In this document: positions 18,197 through 28,311 of the stretch, piece after piece | How the letters are laid out: the number at the start of each line of letters is the position of its first letter | How positions within the stretch are numbered: position 1 is the first letter of the stretch | DNA from: Burkholderiales bacterium | Lineage (GTDB): Bacteria > Pseudomonadota > Gammaproteobacteria > Burkholderiales > Ga0077523 | Assembly: GCA_044370825.1 (NCBI GenBank) | Contig: JBILUV010000002.1 | Span: 1 to 42,314, forward strand | Direction: 5' to 3' | Length of the DNA stretch: 42,314 nucleotides | The notes under the pieces: model-generated | What the model saw: only the letters and a program-made list of their open reading frames with translations | Told to the model about the DNA's origin: nothing | The model's database searches: none | Made by a program: the position numbers and the translations under genes

Positions 18197-20272
18197 TTGT
18201 TTTCAAAGACTAGATCGCGCAGCAGCGCGTCAGTGGCAACAGCGTTGTTGCTTTTGCTGAATCCCTCCGCAGAGTCCCGTGAGCCATCGGTTGGTGCAGA
18301 TGCAAAAGCCCGGGTGAACTCATCCGCTGCCCTGGACGCTCCGGCCGTCATCGTCACCGGCAACCCGGTCGGCAGCGATCTGATGGACCTCGCTTCGCCT
18401 GCGGATGTCCTGCACGGTGCCACTCTGCGTGCGAGGCTCGAGCCGACGCTCGGAGAGACGCTCGCCAACGAGGTGGGCGTCAGTTCCAGCTACTTCGGTC
18501 CGGCGGCAAGCCGGCCTGTGATCCGCGGGCTGGACGGCGAGCGGGTGAGGATCCTGCAGAACGGCGCGGGCGTGCTGGACGCCTCCGGTGCCAGTCCCGA
18601 CCACGCGGTTGCCCTCGAGCCCCTGACCCTGGACAGGATAGAGATCGTGCGCGGACCCGCGGCGCTCCTCTATGGCGGGTCGGCCATTGGTGGCGTGGTC
18701 AACGCCATCGACAACCGCATTGCCCAGGTCGCGCCCGATCGGCCCTTCTCCGGGTCGGCCGAGCTGCGCTTCGGCGGTCCGGCGGACGAGCGCGCCGGGG
18801 TGGCGCGTCTGAGCGGCGGCAGCGAACGCCTCGCCCTGCACGTCGACGCCTTCCGCCGCGACACCAGCGATCTGCGCATCCCGGGTTTCGCCCGGTCCGC
18901 CCGCCTGCGCGGGAGCGACCCGCTGGCACCACCCGAGTCGGAGGCGCAGAAGCGCCTGCCCAACAGTGCGAGCAGCTCCGATGGCCTGGGTCTGGGCGCT
19001 ACCACCTTCTTCGACCGTGGCCACGTCGGCTTTTCCATCGCCACACTGGGCAACAACTATGGCACCGTCGCCTCGCCGGACGTGATCATCGACATGAAGC
19101 AGACGCGTTATGACCTCGCCGGTGAGGTCCGGGAGCTCGGTTTCGTGGAGAACGCCCGCTTCCGCGTCGGCTTTACCGACTACCGACATACCGAGTTCGA
19201 TGCCGGCGCCCCGAGCACGCGATTCAGCAACAAGGGCTTCGATGCCCGGGTGGACCTGCGCCACCAGCGCATTGGGCGTTTCGACGGCGCCTTCGGCCTG
19301 CAACTGCTCGAATCGCGCTTCCGCGCCCTGGGGGACGAGGCATTCGTCCCGCCAGTGAAGACGCAGATGGCTGCGCTGTTCCTTTACGAGGAGACCAGCT
19401 TCGGCGCACTCAAGCTGTCCGGCGGTGCCCGTGTCGATCAGGTACGCCTGTCGGCGGAGGAGTACCTGCCCGGTTTCTCTCCCGCCGAGTCGAGGAGCTA
19501 CACGCCCAAGGGCGCTTCCCTGGGTGCAGTGCTCTCCCTGTCGCAGGAGCTGTCGCTGGCGGCCAACCTCTCCTATACCCAGCGCGCGCCCAATTACGCC
19601 GAGGTCTTCGCCAATGGTCCCCACGCTGCGACCAGCCAGTTCGAGGTGGGCAACCGAAACCAGGGCCTCGAGCGGGCCACCGCGTTCGACCTCGCCCTGC
19701 GCAAGCGCGGCGGAATGGTGACCGGCAGCCTGGGCGTGTTTGCGCAGCGTTTCGGCAACTTCATCGCACTGCTGCCCACAGGTGCCACGGATGCCGGGTC
19801 CGGATTGGACATATTCCAGTTCACCGGGGTGAAGGCCGAATTCCGGGGAGTGGAAGCCGACACCCGGCTGCATCTGATCGACACCATCGGCCACACCCTG
19901 CATCTCGACCTGCGGGCAGATTACACCCGGGCCGAGAACGTCACCGACAACACGCCGCTGCCCCGCATCGCCCCGCTGCGTTTTACGGTTGCCGCCGTCG
20001 CCGACCGGGATGGGACGGGGTTCCGCCTCGAAGCCATCCGTGCGTCCGACCAGAACCGGGTGGCTGCCAACGAATTGCCCACTGACGGCTATACGCTGGT
20101 CAACCTGCGCCTCACCCACCGGCTCCATCAGCAGGATGCGCGACGCATAGAGCTGTTCCTCCGGGCGAGCAACCTGCTCAACGAGGAGGTGCGCTTCCAC
20201 ACCTCGGTACTCAAGGACCTCGCGCCCCTGGGTGGGCGCAGTGTCATGGTCGGCATCAACGGGGCATTCTGA
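18197..20272 (+). CDS. TonB-dependent outer-membrane receptor (substrate unknown)
   Basis: Part of ORF 17630..20272. Plug-domain motifs (RPVIRGLDGERVRILQNG, IEIVRGPAALLYG), a long beta-barrel and a terminal aromatic residue (INGAF). An in-frame TTG at 18197 has GGAG 9 nt upstream and yields a plausible signal peptide, MFSKTRSRSSASVATALLLLLNPSA/ES. GTG at 18176 is an alternative start. Confidence 0.85.
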   Translation: MFSKTRSRSSASVATALLLLLNPSAESREPSVGADAKARVNSSAALDAPAVIVTGNPVGSDLMDLASPADVLHGATLRARLEPTLGETLANEVGVSSSYFGPAASRPVIRGLDGERVRILQNGAGVLDASGASPDHAVALEPLTLDRIEIVRGPAALLYGGSAIGGVVNAIDNRIAQVAPDRPFSGSAELRFGGPADERAGVARLSGGSERLALHVDAFRRDTSDLRIPGFARSARLRGSDPLAPPESEAQKRLPNSASSSDGLGLGATTFFDRGHVGFSIATLGNNYGTVASPDVIIDMKQTRYDLAGEVRELGFVENARFRVGFTDYRHTEFDAGAPSTRFSNKGFDARVDLRHQRIGRFDGAFGLQLLESRFRALGDEAFVPPVKTQMAALFLYEETSFGALKLSGGARVDQVRLSAEEYLPGFSPAESRSYTPKGASLGAVLSLSQELSLAANLSYTQRAPNYAEVFANGPHAATSQFEVGNRNQGLERATAFDLALRKRGGMVTGSLGVFAQRFGNFIALLPTGATDAGSGLDIFQFTGVKAEFRGVEADTRLHLIDTIGHTLHLDLRADYTRAENVTDNTPLPRIAPLRFTVAAVADRDGTGFRLEAIRASDQNRVAANELPTDGYTLVNLRLTHRLHQQDARRIELFLRASNLLNEEVRFHTSVLKDLAPLGGRSVMVGINGAF

Positions 20273-20535
20273 CCTGGGATCCGGATGGGCGCCGCCTGCT
20301 GGTGGCGTGGAGCCCGCTCCGGGCAATCAGCGCCGGTGGATGTGAGGGGCCTGTGCAGGTGGTCCCGCTGGTGCCTTCCGGCATCGTTGTACCCGACGGC
20401 CCGCATCGGCTGGCTTCGGGCGGAGGCGACGCTGCCGATGTCCCGGGCCGTGGCCGGCGCCGGGATTGCTCGCCGACGCGGTCCCGATTACTCTCCCCAA
20501 TTCAATCTTGCCCGGCCGGCGCGTCGGGCACCTTC

Positions 20536-21567
20536 ATGACCGCCGACAAGCTCGAAGTGACAGAACTCCAGGGCAGCCTGTCCATCGCCATGCGGCAGGC
20601 TGCCCTGCGCTATGCGGACGGTGACCAGGACGGTGCGCGGGTCGCCCTCGAGATGGCGCTCGACGCCGACATCACCGACCGACGCGACTGGCTCGCGTTG
20701 ATGGATCTCGAGCTGCTCCAGGGGCGGCGCGCCAGCCACGACGTCCTGGTGCAGCGATACCTCTCCAGGTTCGGCGAACCCCCGCCGGCGGAGCGGGCCC
20801 GGGCTGCGCTTGCCTCGACCCTGCCGAGCGAGCTCAGACCCGGCGGACCCGGCTGCATCCTGCTGGGGGGCGCGCTGGACGCTCGGGTGATGCCTGCCAT
20901 GGCATCCATCCGGGCAGCCGCCGGTGGCCACGTGGTGGTCCACATCGACGTGTCTCGGGTCGAGGAGCTTGACAACGTCGGCTGTCGTTTGCTTGGCAGC
21001 GCCCTGGTCGACCTCGTCGAGGCCGGCAACGGCATCGTGCTGTCCGGCACGGAACAACTCGAGCGTCTGTTGCGTCTCCTGCTCCAGACTCAGCCGGAGC
21101 AGCGCGCCGCCTGGGACCTGCTGCTGCTGTTGCTGCGTCTGGCAGGTGATCAGGCGGCGTTCGACCACGAGGCGGCCGCCTGCGCGCTGGCGCTGGGAAC
21201 GACGGCGCCCGAGTGGGAGCCCCTGCTGATGCCCCGTCTCGAGGCGGATGGCGCGCCCGAGCGGCGCGCGCAGCCTCGATATGTCCTGCGTGATCGCATG
21301 GATCTGCGCGGTACGATCGAACGCGCCGACGATGTCCGGCTGGCGGAACTCGCAGCGTTCGCGGCCGACAATGAATACGTGAACATTCAACTGGCGCGGC
21401 TGGAACGCCTGTCTTTGCCCGCTGCGGATGAACTTGCCCGCATCGTGGCCGCCGCCGCCGCTGCGGGGCGGACGGTGCGACTCATCCGACCCAACCAACT
21501 CGTCGGTGCGATCCTGGAGATCCTTGATCTCGGGGGGCATGCCATCCTGCTTCTGGAGCGCCCCTAA
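20536..21567 (+). CDS. Hypothetical protein with an internal duplication: two (helical segment + STAS/anti-sigma-antagonist-like) modules
   Basis: ORF 20302..21567; the sequence only looks protein-like from the ATG at 20536 ([12 protein letters not shown]...). The halves align by eye: [22 protein letters not shown] with [22 protein letters not shown], and [18 protein letters not shown]...[20 protein letters not shown]...[14 protein letters not shown] with [18 protein letters not shown]...[20 protein letters not shown]...[15 protein letters not shown]. The start codon has no obvious SD. Confidence 0.55.
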   Translation: MTADKLEVTELQGSLSIAMRQAALRYADGDQDGARVALEMALDADITDRRDWLALMDLELLQGRRASHDVLVQRYLSRFGEPPPAERARAALASTLPSELRPGGPGCILLGGALDARVMPAMASIRAAAGGHVVVHIDVSRVEELDNVGCRLLGSALVDLVEAGNGIVLSGTEQLERLLRLLLQTQPEQRAAWDLLLLLLRLAGDQAAFDHEAAACALALGTTAPEWEPLLMPRLEADGAPERRAQPRYVLRDRMDLRGTIERADDVRLAELAAFAADNEYVNIQLARLERLSLPAADELARIVAAAAAAGRTVRLIRPNQLVGAILEILDLGGHAILLLERP

Positions 21568-21583
21568 GCCTGGGGACAGACAC

Positions 21584-22123
21584 ATGACTGAGCAATTCCA
21601 CGGCACAACCATCGTATCGGCGCGCCGCGGCGCGCGGGTGGCGCTGGGCGGCGATGGCCAGGTCACTCTCGGCAACATCGTGGTCAAGGCGAGTGCCCGG
21701 AAAGTCCGCCGCCTCCATCACGACAGGCTGCTTGCCGGTTTTGCTGGTGGCACTGCCGACGCGTTCACCCTTTTCGAGCGCTTCGAGGCCAAGCTGGAGA
21801 AACACCAGGGGCATCTGGTGCGCTCGGCAGTCGAACTGGCCAAGGAGTGGCGCACCGACCGTATGCTCCGGCGACTTGAGGCGATGCTCGCGGTGGCCGA
21901 CTGCGAGACCTCGCTCATCATCACCGGCAACGGCGACGTACTCGAGCCCGAGATGGGTCTGGTCGCCATTGGCAGCGGTGGTGCCTACGCTCAGGCGGCG
22001 GCGCGGGCCCTGCTCGAGAACACCGACCTCCCGCCTCGCGACATCGTCTCCAAGTCGCTGGCGATCGCCGGGGATCTGTGCATCTATACCAACCAGTACC
22101 ACACCATCGAGGAGCTCGGCTGA
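21584..22123 (+). CDS. hslV: ATP-dependent protease HslVU, peptidase subunit
   Basis: ORF 21428..22123. The conserved N-terminus [30 protein letters not shown] (catalytic Thr after Met removal) starts at the ATG at 21584. Confidence 0.95.
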   Translation: MTEQFHGTTIVSARRGARVALGGDGQVTLGNIVVKASARKVRRLHHDRLLAGFAGGTADAFTLFERFEAKLEKHQGHLVRSAVELAKEWRTDRMLRRLEAMLAVADCETSLIITGNGDVLEPEMGLVAIGSGGAYAQAAARALLENTDLPPRDIVSKSLAIAGDLCIYTNQYHTIEELG

Positions 22124-22429
22124 GACGACCGTCCAGGCCGGTGGCGGGCATGGTCAGTGTGCATTCGCCCGGTGCCTGCCTGGTCGGTGCGGGAACGACT
22201 CGGAAGAACGGATGAACCTTGCCACTGCGGTCGATGTGGTACCCGCCGGATCCGGCCTGCCCGCGGTTGCGGCGCCAGCCGGGCCTTGTGCCGTCCTCCG
22301 ATGTTTGCGCGTCCCCTCATGGGGGGCTTCCCTTCACGCCATGCGGGATGCCCCATTCCGCCGTGCGACGCCATTGTTCATCATGCCGCCTCCTGGTGAA
22401 GCACCCGGGCGCGCGAAACAGGTCTGACC

Positions 22430-23767
22430 ATGTCTGCCATGACACCTCAGGAAATCGTCCACGAGCTGGACAAGTACATCGTCGGCCAGGATGCGGCCAA
22501 GAAGGCCGTGGCCATCGCACTGCGCAACCGCTGGCGTCGTCAGCTGGTTGCCGAGCCGCTGCGTCACGAGATCACGCCCAAGAACATCCTCATGATCGGC
22601 CCGACGGGCGTTGGCAAGACCGAGATCGCGCGACGTCTGGCGCGGCTTGCCGACGCCCCGTTCATCAAGGTGGAGGCGACCAAGTTCACCGAGGTGGGCT
22701 ACGTTGGCCGGGACGTCGACACCATCATCCGCGATCTGGTCGAGGTGGCGGTCAAGCAGACCCGTGAGCAGGAGATGCGGAAGATGCGGCATCGGGCGGA
22801 GGATGCGGCGGAGGAGCGGATCCTCGACGTGCTGCTGCCGCCGGCCCGCGACCCGGGCTTCGGTGTACCGGCAGATGGCGATGACAGACAGGGCTCGACG
22901 CGGCAGAAGTTCCGGAAGAAGCTGCGCGAGGGGGAGTTGGACGACAAGGAGATCGACATCGAGGTCGCGCAGACCTTGCCGGGCATGGAGATCATGGCGC
23001 CGCCTGGCATGGAGGAGCTCGGTTCCCAGATCCAGAGCATGTTCCAGAGCCTCGGTGCCGGGCGGCGCAAAACGCGTCGGCTGCGCATCCAGGAGGCCAT
23101 GAAGCTGCTCGTCGAGGAGGAGGCCGCGCGACTGGTGAATGACGAGGACCTCAAGCTCAAGGCGCTCGCCAACGTCGAGGCCAACGGCATCGTGTTCATC
23201 GACGAGATCGACAAGATCGCCACGCGGTCCGAACACCAGGGTGCCGACGTCTCGCGTCAGGGCGTGCAGCGGGATCTGCTGCCGCTTGTGGAGGGCACGA
23301 CGGTATCGACCAAGCACGGGATGATCAGGACCGACCACATCCTGTTCATCGGCAGCGGTGCTTTCCATCTGTCGAGGCCATCCGACCTGATTCCCGAACT
23401 GCAGGGTCGCTTCCCCATCCGGGTGGAGCTGGGGTCGCTGTCGGTGGACGACTTCGAGCGTATCCTCACTTCGACCGATGCCTGTCTGACGCGTCAGTAC
23501 GAGGCGCTGCTCGCCACGGAAGGGGTGCGACTGGAGTTCACGCCCGATGGCATCCGGCGCATCGCCCAGACTGCCTGGCAGGTGAACGAGAAAACCGAGA
23601 ACATCGGCGCCCGACGGCTCTACACCGTCATGGAGCGATTGCTGGAGGACATCTCGTTCCATGCGTCACGGCGCGGCGGTCAGACGCTGGTCGTCGACGA
23701 GGCCTACGTGAACGGCGTGCTCGGAGAGCTGGCCGCGACGGAGGATCTCGCACGATACGTGCTCTGA
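22430..23767 (+). CDS. hslU: ATP-dependent protease HslVU, ATPase subunit
   Basis: [37 protein letters not shown], Walker [16 protein letters not shown], Walker [12 protein letters not shown]. Confidence 0.95.
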   Translation: MSAMTPQEIVHELDKYIVGQDAAKKAVAIALRNRWRRQLVAEPLRHEITPKNILMIGPTGVGKTEIARRLARLADAPFIKVEATKFTEVGYVGRDVDTIIRDLVEVAVKQTREQEMRKMRHRAEDAAEERILDVLLPPARDPGFGVPADGDDRQGSTRQKFRKKLREGELDDKEIDIEVAQTLPGMEIMAPPGMEELGSQIQSMFQSLGAGRRKTRRLRIQEAMKLLVEEEAARLVNDEDLKLKALANVEANGIVFIDEIDKIATRSEHQGADVSRQGVQRDLLPLVEGTTVSTKHGMIRTDHILFIGSGAFHLSRPSDLIPELQGRFPIRVELGSLSVDDFERILTSTDACLTRQYEALLATEGVRLEFTPDGIRRIAQTAWQVNEKTENIGARRLYTVMERLLEDISFHASRRGGQTLVVDEAYVNGVLGELAATEDLARYVL

Positions 23768-23855
23768 AGCATCCGCGGCCCCGGGCCTGCTCGCGCGCCG
23801 GGCTGGTGAGCATGGGCCGGCGCCGCGTACGTCCAACCCCGGAGAACCAGGATTC

Positions 23856-26414
23856 ATGACCGTCGGGACCACCTATCTGCTCGAAGTCAATCCCAGGCTT
23901 CCGCCCCGCCTCGCCCGTCTCGAGGAACTGGCGAACAACCTCTGGTACAGCTGGGACCGGCCCACACGGGCCCTGTTCGCCCGCCTTCATACCGGTCTGT
24001 GGGATGCTGTGGGCCACAGTCCCAAGGCCTTCCTCAAGCGCATAGACGAGCGTCGGCTGGTGGACGCGGCTGCCGACCCCGTGTTTCTCAACAGCTACCA
24101 CAGGGTGCTGTCGGCCTACGACACCTACCACGGCGAGCCGCTGCGCCGCAGCGGGTCCGAGTGGCTGCGGCAGTCCGATCTCGTAGCCTACTTCTGTGCC
24201 GAGTTCGGCTTCCACGAATCCCTGCCGATCTACTCCGGGGGCCTGGGCATTCTGGCAGGAGACCATTGCAAGGCTGCCAGCGACATGCGGCTCCCGTTCG
24301 TAGGGGTCGGGCTGCTCTACCGTCAGGGCTACTTCTCGCAGCGCATCGATGCCGATGGCAACCAGCACGCGGCCTTTGCCGACAACGATTTCGACGACCT
24401 TCCGGTCACCCCTTTGACGCGCGAGGACGGGTCGCCACTGCAGGTGCACGTCGACCTGCCGGGGCGCAGGGTCATGGTCCAGGTCTGGAATGCCCGCATC
24501 GGACATGTCAACCTGTATCTGCTCGACACCGATCTCGAGGCCAACGAAGCACGGGACCGCGGCATCACGCACCGGCTCTACGGTGGTGACCGGCAGGACC
24601 GGCTCGAGCAGGAGATCGTTCTGGGCATCGCGGGGGTGCGGGCGCTGGCCACCCTCGGACTGTCGCCGACGGTCTGGCACATCAACGAAGGCCACGCCGC
24701 TTTCCTGGTTCTGGAACGGATGCGCGAACTCGTCGCCCGCGGCATCGACTTCCCTACCGCGCTCGAGGCGGTCGCCGCCAACACCGTGTTCACCACGCAC
24801 ACCCCGGTTCCTGCCGGCCACGACCACTTCTCTGAGGAGATGATGGCGGCGTACTTCGAGCAGTTCCACGGTGAGCTGAAGCTGTCCCGTGAACAGTTCC
24901 TGGCCCTGGGGCGCGCCGACGGAAGCCGCGACTTCAACATGACCACACTGGCGGTGCGCGGCTCGCGCTTCCAGAACGGGGTCTCGCGCATCCACGGCGG
25001 TGTGTCCAGCCATATCCTGTCCTCGCTGTGGCCGCAGATCGAACCGGAGGACAACCCGGTCGATCACGTTACCAACGGGGTGCATGTGCCTACCTTCCTG
25101 GCACAGGAATGGGGCGACGTGTTCGACCGCTACCTCGGTTTCGACTGGAGCCAGAACGCCTGCGACGTCGCATTCTGGCGCAACGTCCACGCCATCCCCG
25201 ACCACCTGTTCTGGAGCGTGCGCCAGTCCCTCAAGGCCAGGATGTTGCACCTTGTGCGGCACCGGGTATCGACCCAGCATTTCCGCAACAACGGTTCGGA
25301 AGCCCACCTCGATCGGCTGCTCAGGCTGACCGATCCGGGGAATCCGAACGTCCTGACGATCGGGTTCGCGCGACGGTTCGCAACCTACAAACGCGCCGCA
25401 CTGCTGCTCGAGAACCTGGGCTGGCTGAAGTCCATCGTGTGCGATGAGCAGCACCCGGTGCTGTTCCTGTTCGCCGGCAAGGCGCATCCCGCTGATGTGC
25501 CGGGTCAGGATCTGATACGTCGCCTGACCCAGATATCGAGGACGCCGGAGTTCGAGGGTCGCATCCTGGTGGTCGAGAACTACGACCTGCGGCTTGCAAG
25601 GCGGCTGGTGTCGGGCGTCGACGTCTGGCTCAACAACCCGGTGTATCCCCTCGAGGCCAGCGGAACCTCGGGTATGAAGGCCGGCATGAACGGCGTGATC
25701 AACCTGTCGGTTCGCGACGGCTGGTGGGACGAGGGCTACGACGGGCATAACGGTTGGGCCATCAAGCCCGTGTCGGATACGCTGGACGAGCATCGCCGCA
25801 ACGTCGAGGAGTCCAACACCCTTTACGAACTGCTGCAGGATCAGGTGGTTCCGGCCTACTACCGGCGCAACGAGATGGGCTACTCGCCTGAATGGGTGCG
25901 CATGGCGAAGAACTCCATGTCAACCCTGCTGCCGCGTTTCAACGCCGCCCGCATGGTGAACGAGTACATCGCCCGGTTCTACCTGCCTGCCACCCGGCAG
26001 TGGCGCCGCTACTCCGATGCAGGCATGACGGGCGCGGCCGGGGTGGCGCAGTGGAAGGAGCATGTGCGCCGCGCCTGGGGCAGCGTGCGCATGCGCTGGC
26101 TCAGCCAGACGCCGAAGAAGATACCCTATGGCACAGGCATCCGCTTCGAGGTGGGTGTTCACCTCGATGGGCTGGACACGGATTCCGTGGCGCTCGAGAT
26201 GATTCTTGCCCGCCCTTCCGACCAGGAGAGCCAGCGGACGCGCGCGAACCACCGGTTCGAGTTCGATGGCACCTTTACCGAGCACGGCGAGCATCGGTAC
26301 GCCCTGGAACTTACCCCGGAGCTGTGCGGCCGACTGGAATTCCGCGTCCGCCTCTATCCACACCATCCGTTGCTCACCCATCCGCACGAGATGGGCATGA
26401 TGATCTGGTTGTGA
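23856..26414 (+). CDS. Alpha-glucan family phosphorylase (GlgP-type, GT35, with a DUF3417-like N-terminus)
   Basis: 852 aa. LANNLWYSWDRPTRALF N-terminus, YSGGLGILAGDHCKAASD, and the PLP-lysine region EASGTSGMKAGMNG. Confidence 0.85.
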   Translation: MTVGTTYLLEVNPRLPPRLARLEELANNLWYSWDRPTRALFARLHTGLWDAVGHSPKAFLKRIDERRLVDAAADPVFLNSYHRVLSAYDTYHGEPLRRSGSEWLRQSDLVAYFCAEFGFHESLPIYSGGLGILAGDHCKAASDMRLPFVGVGLLYRQGYFSQRIDADGNQHAAFADNDFDDLPVTPLTREDGSPLQVHVDLPGRRVMVQVWNARIGHVNLYLLDTDLEANEARDRGITHRLYGGDRQDRLEQEIVLGIAGVRALATLGLSPTVWHINEGHAAFLVLERMRELVARGIDFPTALEAVAANTVFTTHTPVPAGHDHFSEEMMAAYFEQFHGELKLSREQFLALGRADGSRDFNMTTLAVRGSRFQNGVSRIHGGVSSHILSSLWPQIEPEDNPVDHVTNGVHVPTFLAQEWGDVFDRYLGFDWSQNACDVAFWRNVHAIPDHLFWSVRQSLKARMLHLVRHRVSTQHFRNNGSEAHLDRLLRLTDPGNPNVLTIGFARRFATYKRAALLLENLGWLKSIVCDEQHPVLFLFAGKAHPADVPGQDLIRRLTQISRTPEFEGRILVVENYDLRLARRLVSGVDVWLNNPVYPLEASGTSGMKAGMNGVINLSVRDGWWDEGYDGHNGWAIKPVSDTLDEHRRNVEESNTLYELLQDQVVPAYYRRNEMGYSPEWVRMAKNSMSTLLPRFNAARMVNEYIARFYLPATRQWRRYSDAGMTGAAGVAQWKEHVRRAWGSVRMRWLSQTPKKIPYGTGIRFEVGVHLDGLDTDSVALEMILARPSDQESQRTRANHRFEFDGTFTEHGEHRYALELTPELCGRLEFRVRLYPHHPLLTHPHEMGMMIWL

Positions 26415-26577
26415 ACCGTGCTGCGACCGGATGGCCGACATTGCCGAAGGCTGCCGACGGTGCCATGCTTGCCGCAAGGTCTGTCGCTGCATGCGCATCG
26501 ATCGCCTTCCCTGGTGAGGTCGCCTGGTCCTGCAGAGGGGCGTCCACTTCACCGGCGGTGACGCGGAGACAAGGCCC

Positions 26578-27264
26578 TTGAACATCGCCATCCAGATCAT
26601 CTCCATCTCCGAGCGGCCTGTGCATGGCCCTGGGGCGGTATTCGGCCCGGGTGGGGGAACCATCGGCCGCCGCTCGGACAACACCCTGGTGATCCCGGAT
26701 GCCACCCGTCACGTGTCGCGCCTGCACGCCGCCGTCTTCTGGAGCCAGGGTGCTTTCCGCATCCGGGACCAGGGATCCTTCCTGCCGGTCTATGTGAACG
26801 GACGCGGTATCGGCTTTCAGCGCGACATGACCCTCCGAGCGGGGGATCGCATCCAGATCGGTCCTTACGTCCTGCTGGTGTCGGAGGCGGACCCTTCCAG
26901 GGCCGTCACGGGTACTGCGGGTAACGGCGGGCAGCGACCCATGGCTCCCATAGAGGTGTCCGCAGCCCATGTCGAGCGAGTACCCACTTTCGAAGAAATC
27001 CAGGCGCGATTGGCTGCTGCGAAAGCGGCAGGGCATCATCTGACGAGAGGTTCCGGCCACTCCAGTCAGCCCGAAGCCGATGCCGCCATCACGCAGTCCC
27101 TCCACGCCGGCCAGTCGCCTGGCCATGCGGTGGCGGATCCTGAGACAGACAGGCCCTGCGTGCCCGATGCCGCGGACGACCAGCGACAACTGCAAGCCCC
27201 GTCCGAACGTCCTGCAGTGGGCCTGACGGAGGCTGCGCGCGCACTGCTGCGGTGGCGCAGTTGA
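26578..27264 (+). CDS. FHA-domain protein, TagH-like N-terminus with a low-complexity C-terminal half
   Basis: TTG start as in the ORF track. MNIAIQIISISERPVHGPGAVFGPGGGTIGRRSDNTLVIPDATRHVSRLHAAVFWSQGAFRIRDQGSFLPVYVNG...IQIGPYVLLV has the FHA G-R...S-R-x-H...N-G pattern. The remaining ~120 aa are Ala/Gly/Pro/Ser-rich. Confidence 0.65.
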   Translation: MNIAIQIISISERPVHGPGAVFGPGGGTIGRRSDNTLVIPDATRHVSRLHAAVFWSQGAFRIRDQGSFLPVYVNGRGIGFQRDMTLRAGDRIQIGPYVLLVSEADPSRAVTGTAGNGGQRPMAPIEVSAAHVERVPTFEEIQARLAAAKAAGHHLTRGSGHSSQPEADAAITQSLHAGQSPGHAVADPETDRPCVPDAADDQRQLQAPSERPAVGLTEAARALLRWRS

Positions 27265-27449
27265 GCGCGAGCAGGCGATCTGGCACCCGGGCCTGTCATC
27301 AAGCCATCCCCGGGAGCGAGTGCTGCGGAGGCGTGCGCAGGAAGTGCCCTTCCCTGCAGGGAGTTCACCCCATCCCGTAGTCCGATCGATTTCCGGGCTG
27401 ACGGTGCAGCGTCCTGACAGTCGCGAGCGGCACCAGGCCCCGCCGTGTT

Positions 27450-28250
27450 TCAGCCGGCTCGCGCCATCCTGGCGGGACGGCGGCACGACCAGAAAAACAG
27501 GATGAGGCCACTCGCCACCATGGGAAGGGACAGCCACTGCCCCATGGTCAGACCCATGGCGAGGAAACCAAGGAAGTCATCGGGTTCGCGCGCGAACTCG
27601 GCGATGAAACGCATCACGCCGTAACCGCTCAGGAACAGGCCCGACACCGCACCCCGGGGTCGTGGCCGCGACGAGAACCACCACAGCAGGGCGAACAGCA
27701 CGGCGCCTTCCAGTGCCGCTTCGTAGAGCTGGGAGGGATGGCGCGCCAGATTGTCGACGTTCGGAAAGACAACGGCCCAGGACACGTCGGTCGGTCGTCC
27801 CCAAAGCTCCGCATTGATGAAATTGCCGATGCGGCCGAAACCGAGCCCGGCGGGCGTGAGGGGGGCGATGAAGTCGGTCACCGCGAGCCAGGACAGGCGT
27901 CGGCGCCGGGCAAACCATGCCATGGCGATGATCACGCCCAGGAATCCGCCGTGGAAGGACATGCCGCCTTCCCAGACGTACAGGACGCGGAGCGGCTCCT
28001 GCAGGTAGTCGGCGAACTTGTAGAACAGGACGTAGCCCAGGCGGCCGCCGAGCACGACCCCTATCACCGCGTAGAACAGGAGGTCATCGACATCCTTGAG
28101 GGACCATCCAAGGTCGGGCCGGGTCCTGGCCCGGTGACGCCCCAGCATCAGACCGACGACGAACCCCGCCAGATACATCAGCCCGTACCAACGCACGGCG
28201 ACCGGACCCAGCTTGAGGGCGATGGGGTCGAACTGGGGATGAACGATCAT
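27450..28250 (-). CDS. lgt: Prolipoprotein diacylglyceryl transferase
   Basis: [30 protein letters not shown]...[10 protein letters not shown]...[17 protein letters not shown] are Lgt signature regions. Confidence 0.95.
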   Translation of the reverse strand: MIVHPQFDPIALKLGPVAVRWYGLMYLAGFVVGLMLGRHRARTRPDLGWSLKDVDDLLFYAVIGVVLGGRLGYVLFYKFADYLQEPLRVLYVWEGGMSFHGGFLGVIIAMAWFARRRRLSWLAVTDFIAPLTPAGLGFGRIGNFINAELWGRPTDVSWAVVFPNVDNLARHPSQLYEAALEGAVLFALLWWFSSRPRPRGAVSGLFLSGYGVMRFIAEFAREPDDFLGFLAMGLTMGQWLSLPMVASGLILFFWSCRRPARMARAG

Positions 28251-28311
28251 GCGGGGTCCGGAACGGGGTGGCTCCGGATTATACGGGCGACCGGGCTTCC
28301 GGCGTCGTGGC

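Noticed and set aside
18157-18215. Hairpin (ACGCAAC/GTTGCGT) plus a TTTTGTTTT tract after the phosphatase gene as an intrinsic terminator
   Set aside because: The T-tract lies about 14 nt from the hairpin, too far for a canonical terminator. It also overlaps the best SD and start codon of the TonB-dependent receptor gene, so the AT-rich patch is better explained as its translation-initiation region.
18320-20326. 668-aa minus-strand ORF opposite the TonB-dependent receptor
   Set aside because: Shadow ORF with no motifs. The + strand product has plug and barrel signatures and a C-terminal aromatic residue.
22212-22427. 71-codon ORF that neatly fills the end of the hslV-hslU spacer
   Set aside because: About one third of its third codon positions are A/T, versus strongly G/C-biased third positions in neighbouring genes. 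Its Cys/Pro/Arg-rich sequence has no recognisable features. I kept it only as a note under the spacer finding.
23628-25793. 721-aa minus-strand ORF opposite the alpha-glucan phosphorylase
   Set aside because: Shadow ORF. The + strand carries the GT35 PLP-lysine region and a conserved N-terminus.
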